Of a DNA stretch of 54,323 nt, positions 24,126 through 33,133 are shown piece by piece. The translations under genes were made by a program, and so were the position numbers. Every line of letters starts with the position of its first letter. Position 1 is the first letter of the stretch. The notes beneath the pieces were generated by a model. The model saw only the letters and a program-made list of their open reading frames with translations. It ran no database searches and was not told the origin of the DNA. The DNA comes from Lobosporangium transversale (lineage: Eukaryota): positions 372,001 through 426,323 of the forward strand of contig NW_019029016.1 of the NCBI RefSeq assembly GCF_002105155.1, written 5' to 3'.

Positions 24126-24892
24126 AAAAGAGATTCATCAAAGAACTCTAGCGGCCAACGCATTGGTCAGCGCGTGGCTAAGTATAGATAAGATCATCAA
24201 AAGACGAAAATGTAACACAGGCATGAAATATCGCCCATTGCAACCCGAATCCATCTCCTTCAGTAAAACCTGTATATGATGATTTACCTCATTATGAAAT
24301 GTTGCCGCATTAATACCTGAACTTTGTACGAGGGAGACTATTGATTTAGATAACAAGTTGAATATCAATAGTGCTCTGGCACTTGAATCATGCTATGTAG
24401 AGTCATCATGCAAGGCAGAAAGATATTGCATGGGTGCCTGTTAGAGTAATCAATCATGCAGAATGGTTGACAAAAAAAAAAAGAGAATTATTATTGTTAC
24501 GTAAGCAGAAAAAGATTTTTTGCCCACTGTTCAGTGTCCTTCTAAAAAAAGCATACAGAGTGAGAAATAAGGTTTATTATACACTCGTCATTGCCTACGC
24601 ACTCTTCAAAACTAATTATTGTCGTCATATCTTACCCACCATTGAGTACTCTATTGGTTTTCAAGTGATAATGAACACTATAGATAATTAGAGGACGAGG
24701 TGGATTGTCATATAACAGCCCTTAGGATCCTCGTCAATAAAAAAAAGGGGGTTGTTAAATAACAGCGAGCGCAGGGTTGTCAAATAGATTAATTCCTTTC
24801 ATTTCCTTTCCTACTTAGCTCCACCATTTCCATTTGCTGATCGTGTCCCTGCGGACTCTCTAAATGAGAGAGAAGCATTTTAAGACCTCACC

Positions 24893-25192
24893 TGTAAATT
24901 CATTCGAGGGGCCTTGGCGCTTTATGGAATTAAGTCCAGATCCTTAGCAATCGTGTAAAGAAATAACAGTCAACGGGGCAGACGGTATTGCCTACTTTGA
25001 CACTAAACCAACTCGCCGAAGCTTCTCTGCTGTTGCAAACGTGTATAACTACTACGCCCCCACTGCACCCCCACTGCGCCCCTATGGAGGTACAGACATA
25101 AATAGGCATGATCAGCGCAACAGCTAGAGTAGACTTCACAGAATAAAGATTCTTGTACATCCCAAGACTCACCCTGCTTGTTACTATTTACA
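24893..25192 (+). mobile_element. 5' LTR of a truncated Ty3/Gypsy element, followed by PBS
   Basis: TGTAAAT...ATTTACA terminal inverted repeat, AATAAA at 25142, and TGGTAGC (initiator-Met tRNA-type PBS) immediately after at 25193. Confidence 0.7.
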
Positions 25193-25333
25193 TGGTAGCA
25201 AAGACCCATCGACCCACCGACCTACCAACGAACCCATTGACTGAAATTTCCTGATTCCCCCGATTTTCTCCCCACGATTTTTTCCGTCCCTTAAAAAAAA
25301 AGAGAAATGCATATAACTTTAATTTGATTGCCA

Positions 25334-25800
25334 TGGAAGACCTCACCGCGTCCCTTCAGGCATTGGACCTTGATGAAAACACCCGCGCATCCGTGCAAAG
25401 CGCTATTCAGGCCTTTATCCGCTCGAACCAGGACAATAGTTCAGCCGCTACCGCCTTTAATGACCATATCCGCACGGTGGCCGCTGTGATCAAGCCCCCC
25501 AAACCCGAACCATACGACGGAGCTGTCGACGATGTCGAAGTTCTTAACTTCCTGGAAAGTCAGGAAGAATATTTTCAGATTATGGAACTCAATCACGCCT
25601 GTTGGGCACGATGCACTGTTATTGGCCCAAAGAGAGGCGCCAAGGTGCGGTGGCGAGACTGCGGGTTGACGATTGACACCCTGAGAAAACTTCCGAAACG
25701 TTTTTATAGAAAACTTTACGCCTCCTAACACAGCAGCCACAGCCCAACAAGTACTGAGCAGATTGAAACAGGGTAAATCTTCGGTGGTAGAATAGATCAA
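25334..25800 (+). pseudogene. Truncated Ty3/Gypsy gag
   Basis: KPPKPEPYDG...LNFLESQEEYF retrotransposon capsid-like start downstream of the LTR/PBS. Frameshifted and cut off. Confidence 0.7.
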
Positions 25801-25911
25801 GATTGCGTCGCGCAGGTGCTTGTTTCCGATGCAAGTTAAAAATTTTTAACCAAAAATGGTTGCAAATTGATCAATTTTAGCACACAAATTTATTTATGGT
25901 ATCTTTTTCTA

Positions 25912-26830
25912 TCAGGTATGATACTCCTCAAAGCAATCCTGTCCTGTTTTCAAGCAAAGAAAGGCTTTGCATGTAACACAGTGCCATTGTGTCCGATATG
26001 TAGTTTTCTTGCCTTCCTTTAGACTCTTGAGTCTACAGTTAACGCATGTCATCTCGTCTTTGCTTTCTTCGCTTCTTACTGGGTAATGAAATCCCAGGTG
26101 GTGTCTATGAGGATTTGGGATGGAGCTGCTTTTAGTAATATATTTGCTTTTCGACATCTTGGTAGTAATATCGAGGTATTCCTCAGCTTCTAATTTTCTT
26201 TTTGAGTGCCTTTGCTTGATGACAACTTGGGGCCTGGAAAGCGATAAGAGTTGGTTTACAAGACTCGAGCGAAATTGACGTTTTCCGTCTTTCCTAGCCG
26301 ATCTGTTGTTAGCACACCACAGTACGTATAAACTGATTATACTCGTGCCTAATAACAACAAGAAGAGCGGTATCCAAGTACGACTGCACCTCATCTGAAC
26401 AGTGTAGTAATGACGAAGTTGGTCTGCGATATCAATCCATATATTTTTTTTAATTATCAATGACGCGAGGGATGGGCAGTTCCTTTGCGAATGAATCACC
26501 AAAGACTCTACGTATCTTGGAGGCATTTACCTTATTTCTCCATGGCCTCCTTCTGGTCTTATGCATTAGACAACTATCATCATGAAGACTATGGATAGTT
26601 GTAAACATCGTCACGGGGTCACTGTCAACCCAAAGCACCGCCAATACAATCTTAACTATCGCACCTCCTTTCTCATCTCACTCTAGACGTGCTTCCTTGG
26701 AGTATTTGAGGGAAGCGGAGGATTGCGCTGAGTTGAGATGAACGGCTCCACATGCTCCAATACCACGGTTTAACATATTCTTGAAAAGGATGGTTGAGAA
26801 ATAGTTGTCTATGTAAGCATTAAATTTCAA
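25912..26830 (-). pseudogene. piggyBac (PGBD4-like) transposase remnant
   Basis: YIDNYFST, VLWVD, IDIADQLR..Y and a C-terminal cysteine-rich domain CVNC...HCVTCKAFLC....CFEEYH. Multiple frameshifts. Confidence 0.85.
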
Positions 26831-27201
26831 GTTTTGAAACTTCGGAAGCTGTTCAACGAGCTACATAGCCTTTCTTCCGGTGTTAGAAAGAGATTTGTCG
26901 TCATCACGAGGTGGCAAAGGATCCAGTCGCAAATAATAGAATTTTGCTTAACTGAAGCTTTAAGTAAAAAAGACGGTTTTTTAAAATTGCTACCAAAAAT
27001 GATTGGAATTCAGGATGAGACAATATATAAAGCAGGGACACTTGCTGAGGCATGCCATTCTGTGGTATAAGCCATTACTCTAGCAGCAGATCAATTCATG
27101 TGTAAGGTATACCAGATTTACTTGATTTTATTTTACGTAATTCCTATACACTCTTGGCGAGCTGCTCTCTAGGACGAAGTAGAAGAGTCTATGGAGCAAT
27201 C

Positions 27202-27633
27202 CTAGCACTTGTAGGACTTCATGGGATAGTCAGCAAGGTACTGCTCGACGTATCCGCTCCCGTTAGGGAGGATGCCCTTGTGGAGGAGAATGGATTTAAC
27301 CTTGCCGCCGACCTTGTCGAGCTTTCCCCACTTGTGGATCAAACCCACCCTGGTGCTGAAGCCAGCGCGAGTCCATTTGGCACCGCAGTTGGCGGTCTCG
27401 TAGAATGTCAAGGTAACACCGGTAGCGTGGGGATCTTCGTGGTGATACTGAGCAGACTTGGCATTTCTAAAGTCAATGGCACTAACGCACAGGTCATACT
27501 TGGGGACCTCGATATACCTGCAGTTGCCAGTGTTGTTCTCATCGCTGTAGAAGTAGACCTTGCTGTTGGCGGCTTCAATGGTGGTGGTAGCAAGAGCCAA
27601 GGCAACAGTGGTGGCGATGATAGAGAACTTCAT
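27202..27633 (-). CDS. Small secreted Cys-containing protein with beta/gamma-crystallin-like motifs
   Basis: Signal peptide MKFSIIATTVALALATTTIEA. Two Greek-key-like repeats VYFYSDENNTG...AKS and LTFYETANCG...VKS. Four Cys. TATA-like TATATAAA ~90 bp upstream. Confidence 0.75.
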   Translation of the reverse strand: MKFSIIATTVALALATTTIEAANSKVYFYSDENNTGNCRYIEVPKYDLCVSAIDFRNAKSAQYHHEDPHATGVTLTFYETANCGAKWTRAGFSTRVGLIHKWGKLDKVGGKVKSILLHKGILPNGSGYVEQYLADYPMKSYKC

Positions 27634-28308
27634 GATGTTTGGTTTTTGTTATAAGAGATGGTTAGGTGCTTGGAGATGATGAGACTTGGAGCTGAGATTG
27701 ATGTTGATCCAGGGCCTTTATATATCTTTTTCCCCTTCTAAATAGAGAGCTGATATTCATGGTGCATATGCGTGTATTGTAATACTGGTAGACCGTTTGA
27801 AGGTCCGATTCTTTGATGGTGATTTGAAAATAGACAGGGTATATGTGCCTTCTTTTCCGAAGGTAGCCCTTCTCTTAGTAAAGTTGCCCTATCCAGTTCC
27901 TTCCTTTGCTCTGTGGCAACGGCGCATACAACAATTTACTCAAGGGCGCAAGGCTGTCTTTAGAGATGGTTAGAAATGACCGCCTCAAATACAACAGCCT
28001 CAAAGACGACAGCCCAAACGCTGCATTGGAAGAAAACTAAAATATCAAAATGTTTATACTGCCATGCATGTTTGTTTATTACACAGCGTTCTCGAATAAT
28101 ATGAAGAGAAAAGCATATTATCCGAGGGAGCCGACCTATAATGTGTCACTTCTTTTCTTTATTAATTCGCCGAAAATCCATAGTCACTAAATAAAAATAA
28201 ACAATTTTTTTTTTTTTTTTTTTGCTACAAAACTATGGTGCCACAAAGATTGATCAGCATCTTCGACTTGAGCTCCGGACCAGACTAGCTTAGGGAGAGG
28301 AGGGTGGA

Positions 28309-28404
28309 ACATTATAGGTCGGCTCCCTCGGATAATATGCTTTTCTCTTCATATTATTCGAGAACGCTGTGTAATTATCACAGCGGGAGCCGACCTATAA
28401 TGTG
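28309..28404. repeat. DIRS internal complementary region (ICR)
   Basis: Reverse complement of 28078-28144 joined to the reverse complement of the other terminus, reading ...CGCTGTGTAATTATCACAGCGGG... across the junction. Confidence 0.92.
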
Positions 28405-30788
28405 CATCCAGAGTTTTGTCCCAGGGTGATCTCAGTAAAATTCGTTCTTGTCTGACTAGCCATGCGGTAGAAATATTGGAAAGTTTCCGGAGAAGACCAA
28501 TTACCATGAGCGATGATGTCGTCAATCGATACCCCTGCTGTAGCTGCAGCTGTAGAGCCGAGTGCGCGTGGCTTGATACGTCGGGAAGCCTTTTCCACTT
28601 CTGGGATCTTAGTTGAGATCGAGTCCATGTGATTGGAAATGGTTTCTGCTGATACTGCTCGATTCAAATATTTGGAATGTCGGATGAGAGGTTGAATTGT
28701 CAGACTGTCATCCTTCGGATGTGGTACCTCCAGTGGATGATCTGTTAATCTTTGCAAATACGCAGCAAATGTATTCACAGGGCACAGTTTCGGATCACTG
28801 TTGGAACGAATACAAACTGTCTTCTCGATGCGGTTCCCAAGTCGTTTCTCTTTGGGAATAGGAATGAAGAGCATGAGTTGGCTTGTGGTCCATGTAGTCT
28901 TGGTCAGGTCTATACATCGAATGTCGTCTGGACGAAGGAACCCACAAACGCCTAGAAGCCAACAAAGCTTTCTCGTGAGCTGAAGGAATGACATTTCCTC
29001 GTTAGAAGGAAGGGATCGAATATAATCAAGAGCTGGGTTGAGATTGATGCTCAATGCGTTGCTAGGTCGAATGTGTTTGGCCTTGATGGCTGTAATGAAG
29101 TCCTTATACACATGGCTCTTGTCAAACGCTGATTTGTCTGAAAATAGAGCTAAAATGGCTGAGCGTTTCTGCAGAGTGGTGGCGGGAGACCATGGACGGT
29201 TGCGCATCTGATGATTGAGATAGTTAACTAAAAGGATCGGATTGGGGGTGAATGGATCCCTGTCATTTTGCCTGGCCCAATCGATGAACACTTGTTGCGC
29301 TGGAGCGTATTTTTTGTGCCGTCGCTGTGTCTGAGGGTTATCTAGTATAGTCTCCGCTGCTTCGCTGTCTAAACCTAGGTCTGTGTAATAGCGCCGTTTA
29401 CGCGCCATGCTTGCAGTGTCCAGTGCGGATTCTTTGCTAGAACGTTTTGATCTTGTCCTGGAGCTGGGAGGACATACTTGCGTGGGATCTCTCTGGGGGC
29501 ACAAGTCGCCATCGCTTGAAGAGTTGGATACCATAGGGCGCTGGGCCAGTTCGGAGCTACGATCGTCGCTTGTAGCTTCTCTAGCCTCAGCTTCTGAAGG
29601 GCCTGAGGGATCAGGTTCCATGGCGCGCAGATGTACAAATTCCCCAGATTGCTCCATGGGTGCCGTAGTGCATCGAAGTTGATCGCTAAGGGGTCTGGCT
29701 TCCATGACATGAACCTCTCTGTTTTGTTGTTGATTGATGATGCAAACAGATCCGTCTGATGCGGGCCCCAGATCTTCTGTAGATAATCGAAGAAGTCCTG
29801 ATGAATGCTCCATTCCAACTGCGATTGCATCCTGCGTGATGGTGCATCCGCTGGGTTGAATGATGATGGGACATATGTTGTCTTGAGTCGTGTCCCTGTT
29901 GCTAGGCAATGCTTCCAAATGGTGTCCGCTATTTCCATCAATGGAGCTGAGCGAGTCCCTCCGAACCGTTGGATGTGTGCCAGTGTGGTCATGTTGTCGC
30001 AAATTATGTTCACTGTCTTGCCCTGCAGTTGGGGAAGCTTTGTCGCAAATAGAACTGTCCGCAGTTCTTTGACGTTGATGTGCTCGTGAGACTGTGAGGC
30101 TGTCCATCGCCCTGCATAGGTCGAATCGTCTACGACGATACCCCACCCTGTGTCCGAGGCATCTGTGTAAACGTCGACTTCTGTCCTCTCCGTGAGCCAT
30201 GTTTGTCCGTTCCAATGCTGGAGGTTGTCTATCCACCATGTGAGGTTGTCCTTTGCCGACTCTGTCACTGTGATCGTGTCGGTCCATTTGTGGCCTTGTC
30301 GAAGGGCGTCGTTCTTTATCTGGAGAAGGCGCTGGCACATCAGTCGAGCTGGAAATACGGCTGCTGTCATTGCCATTGCTTTCCCGATGAAGGCGGATAA
30401 ACTTCTTAAGCTGCAAACGCCATTGTTCCTTATTTTGCGCGCTTCCCTGCGAATGTCTCTGATTTTGTGTTGAGGGATCGAGAGTGTCATGTTTCTGCTG
30501 TTGATGGTAAAGCCCAGATGCTCTATGACTTGCGTTGGTTCTAGCGTTGACTTTTCTTCTTTCACTAAGAAGCCTAATGATTGAAGCTTTGATAGGACGC
30601 GCTGGGTGTATTGTATGGCTCGTTCTCTGCTGGGAGCTATAATTAGAAGATCGTCTATGTAAGCCGCCATTCGGATTCCCTGGCGTCTTGCCCACCTGAG
30701 GACAGGGCGCAACATCTTCGTAAATATAAGGGGGGACAGAGAGAGCCCGAATGGAAGGACTCGGAACTGGTAATGGTGTCCCTGCCAT
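28395..30788 (-). CDS. DIRS tyrosine recombinase (C-terminal ~340 aa; N-terminal part overlaps RT/RNase H in another frame)
   Basis: GFLRPDD (R), PKEK (K), LCPV, KPRALGST, HGNWSS..F..FYR (H, Y). Confidence 0.9.
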   Translation of the reverse strand: MAGTPLPVPSPSIRALSVPPYIYEDVAPCPQVGKTPGNPNGGLHRRSSNYSSQQRTSHTIHPARPIKASIIRLLSERRKVNARTNASHRASGLYHQQQKHDTLDPSTQNQRHSQGSAQNKEQWRLQLKKFIRLHRESNGNDSSRISSSTDVPAPSPDKERRPSTRPQMDRHDHSDRVGKGQPHMVDRQPPALERTNMAHGEDRSRRLHRCLGHRVGYRRRRFDLCRAMDSLTVSRAHQRQRTADSSICDKASPTAGQDSEHNLRQHDHTGTHPTVRRDSLSSIDGNSGHHLEALPSNRDTTQDNICPIIIQPSGCTITQDAIAVGMEHSSGLLRLSTEDLGPASDGSVCIINQQQNREVHVMEARPLSDQLRCTTAPMEQSGEFVHLRAMEPDPSGPSEAEAREATSDDRSSELAQRPMVSNSSSDGDLCPQRDPTQVCPPSSRTRSKRSSKESALDTASMARKRRYYTDLGLDSEAAETILDNPQTQRRHKKYAPAQQVFIDWARQNDRDPFTPNPILLVNYLNHQMRNRPWSPATTLQKRSAILALFSDKSAFDKSHVYKDFITAIKAKHIRPSNALSINLNPALDYIRSLPSNEEMSFLQLTRKLCWLLGVCGFLRPDDIRCIDLTKTTWTTSQLMLFIPIPKEKRLGNRIEKTVCIRSNSDPKLCPVNTFAAYLQRLTDHPLEVPHPKDDSLTIQPLIRHSKYLNRAVSAETISNHMDSISTKIPEVEKASRRIKPRALGSTAAATAGVSIDDIIAHGNWSSPETFQYFYRMASQTRTNFTEITLGQNSGCTL

Positions 30789-31210
30789 TCGAACTGAAGA
30801 TATTTCCTCGACGAAGGATGTACCAGAACATGCATGAATGCGTCTGATAGATCTATGCTCGTCATAAAATCGTTTTTGTTCATCATGGAGCAGACATTTT
30901 TGATACTTTCCATCTTAAAATGTCTGTCCGGTATACATTGGTTCATTGGTTTGAGATTCAATACAGGACGAAGATCGCCTGTCTTTTTGGGGATGGTAAA
31001 TATCCGACTGTAAAAGCCTGTAGGGGAAGATACTGTTTCTATTGCTTTTTTGGCCAAAAGACTCACTATCTCTTTCTCTATGGACTCTGTTTCCTTCACT
31101 GATAGCTTGTGGGACTTGCTTGGGCTGGATGAGAGTGGAGGTGGCGACTTGAATGGGATCCTGAATCCTTTGGCTATTATGTCCCGGACCCATTGCTCGT
31201 CTGTGATCAT
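29375..31210 (-). CDS. DIRS reverse transcriptase / RNase H / DAM-like methyltransferase
   Basis: IDLSDAF, LPFGL, YIDD (RT); TDAS..GWG, HINVKEL, CDN, NPADAPSR (RNase H); DLFAS and CAPW (MT). The frame extends upstream as GGRIHLF..W. Confidence 0.93.
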   Translation of the reverse strand: MITDEQWVRDIIAKGFRIPFKSPPPLSSSPSKSHKLSVKETESIEKEIVSLLAKKAIETVSSPTGFYSRIFTIPKKTGDLRPVLNLKPMNQCIPDRHFKMESIKNVCSMMNKNDFMTSIDLSDAFMHVLVHPSSRKYLQFEWQGHHYQFRVLPFGLSLSPLIFTKMLRPVLRWARRQGIRMAAYIDDLLIIAPSRERAIQYTQRVLSKLQSLGFLVKEEKSTLEPTQVIEHLGFTINSRNMTLSIPQHKIRDIRREARKIRNNGVCSLRSLSAFIGKAMAMTAAVFPARLMCQRLLQIKNDALRQGHKWTDTITVTESAKDNLTWWIDNLQHWNGQTWLTERTEVDVYTDASDTGWGIVVDDSTYAGRWTASQSHEHINVKELRTVLFATKLPQLQGKTVNIICDNMTTLAHIQRFGGTRSAPLMEIADTIWKHCLATGTRLKTTYVPSSFNPADAPSRRMQSQLEWSIHQDFFDYLQKIWGPHQTDLFASSINNKTERFMSWKPDPLAINFDALRHPWSNLGNLYICAPWNLIPQALQKLRLEKLQATIVAPNWPSALWYPTLQAMATCAPREIPRKYVLPAPGQDQNVLAKNPHWTLQAWRVNGAITQT

Positions 31211-31245
31211 CGCCCATGCTTGCTGGAATAAGTGAATCCTGCCTC

Positions 31246-32115
31246 CTATTGGTGGTCGGTCGTTTGTTGATGCCCTCGGCCGCGACCCCGTTCGCGACCC
31301 CTGTTGGAGTTGCCTCGGGCATTGTAAAAATGCCGGTTACCGCCACTGATGTTGTTGTTGCTATCAGTCTGGCTCTGCGACTGATTGCTCTGACCTTGAT
31401 TAGAATAGCTGCTCTGAGCGCTATTTCTAGGGAAATTATTGTTTCGATCATGCCTGTTCCTGTTCGAACCGCGTGCTGTGCTGTTGGAATACAGGTTTCG
31501 TTTGATGGATAACAGAAGCTTCTTTTTCTCCAAAAGGGATTGGGAGTCCACAGCCGGTGTCTTGGCATTGCTTTTCCTGGTAAGCAGCTGTAGACCATGA
31601 GCTCTCTCAAGGTTCTGCACTCGGAGGTCGTGGATGTAATGGCTAATCTGCTTGATATGCTCGATGAGATCGGAAACTCCCTCAATGGCTGATAGCGTGG
31701 ACTCGTCGGAGCGACTGTCGTCTTGCATGGCATCCAAGACATACTTGTCCAAGGGGCGCGTATGGATAGCCAGCTTGGATTGAATGGACGCCAGATCAGA
31801 GTCGAACTGCTGCCGTAACTTGGCACTGTCAGGCCATGGTAGGTCGGTAATAGGTGGTGCAGAATACTTCTGAAGCTTGTTTTTGGGGTAAGAGCCGATG
31901 GTTGTTTGTAATGTGTCCCGAAGGTCCTCATACTGATCTTTTTTCTCTGGATCAGGGACAAAGAAATCTTTTCTGCCAAAATTTGGGAAAAGTTCGAGGA
32001 TGGCTTTGTTTGGAATAAAGTTATATGCCTGGGGTTCAGGAACCAGGAGGTCATGGATGTTAATGGAACTATCGATGTTGCGGTCATCGTTGTTTTCAAT
32101 ATCAATATCACTCAT
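31246..32115 (-). CDS. DIRS Gag-like ORF1
   Basis: First ORF after the left ITR, with an R/G/N-rich C-terminus. Position typical of DIRS ORF1. Start codon uncertain. Confidence 0.75.
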   Translation of the reverse strand: MSDIDIENNDDRNIDSSINIHDLLVPEPQAYNFIPNKAILELFPNFGRKDFFVPDPEKKDQYEDLRDTLQTTIGSYPKNKLQKYSAPPITDLPWPDSAKLRQQFDSDLASIQSKLAIHTRPLDKYVLDAMQDDSRSDESTLSAIEGVSDLIEHIKQISHYIHDLRVQNLERAHGLQLLTRKSNAKTPAVDSQSLLEKKKLLLSIKRNLYSNSTARGSNRNRHDRNNNFPRNSAQSSYSNQGQSNQSQSQTDSNNNISGGNRHFYNARGNSNRGRERGRGRGHQQTTDHQ

Positions 32116-33133
32116 TAGTGGAACTTCTAAAGTATGCCAGTGGATGTGTTCGGAAGGGCGAAAGAAAAGAAGATGCTGATCAATCTTTGTGGCACCATAG
32201 TTTTGTAGCAAAAAAAAAAAAAAAAAAAAAAAATTGTTTATTTTTATTTAGTGACTATGGATTTTCAGCGAATTAATAAAGAAAAGAAGTGACACATTAT
32301 AGGTCGGCTCCCGCTGTGATAATCCCTTTAACCAGTAGAAGAGTAATAAGCAGATTTAATGGACTAAGTTTAGGGCTCAAAAAAAAAAAAAAAATAAAAG
32401 GCATAGTGTTTTCATACCACGAGGCAGAGACTTCGCTCTTCAGGAACTGCAAAGGATCGAGAATATCTATAGTAAAGTCTCTTTCCTCAACTCACCTGCG
32501 CTGAAACCCTCGGGTCTATATCATAGTCAGAAACGCGCCTTCCTAAAGGCAGAAAAAATATTTTTAAGTAAAAAGCGGAAAAGCTAGATTTAGGTCTTTG
32601 AAACTCGGGTGCCTAGTGGGCAAAGTTACTATGGGAAGTGTCTAGATTATTGATGAAATTACTGCGGGAGCGCCAGGACATCTTCAAGTCTTCTCAAGCT
32701 CCCAATATCACAATGCAATCAGCATTCATAAATTTACAAATAAAGAAATGTAGCGCTTCTTTTGGGAACCCAAAATACTACTAAAAAAAAGTCCGCATCT
32801 TTCCTCAATTATAAGGAAAGGCTTAATTCTGCTCAGATTTTAGAAAACACGAGCCGGAGACCGTGGCTTCGCCACGGCCTGCTCTTGCCTCGTAATAAAA
32901 TTTAATGCTTACAACATAGTAAGTTATCTTTATCGTACAAAATAAAATACAAAAACAAAATAAAATACAAAATATAAATGCAAAATAAAATACAAAATAT
33001 AAATGCAAGTAAAATACAAATAAGTGCTACAAAATAACGTCAGATTGGATAACAATGGAGATGAGCTGAAAGTTGACGTGAATGACTTGGAGATGAAGAA
33101 GCAGCAGGATGTCTGAAAACCAAGATATTGTGA

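Larger units (their letters stand above)
28078..32323 (-). mobile_element. Full-length DIRS1-like tyrosine-recombinase retrotransposon
   Basis: ITRs at 28126-28264 and 32169-32312, terminal extension 28078-28125, internal complementary region ~28309-28404, and gag, RT/RH/MT and YR ORFs. Confidence 0.95.

Noticed and set aside
27154..27654. 166-aa plus-strand ORF
   Set aside because: Antisense shadow of the codon-biased secreted-protein gene.
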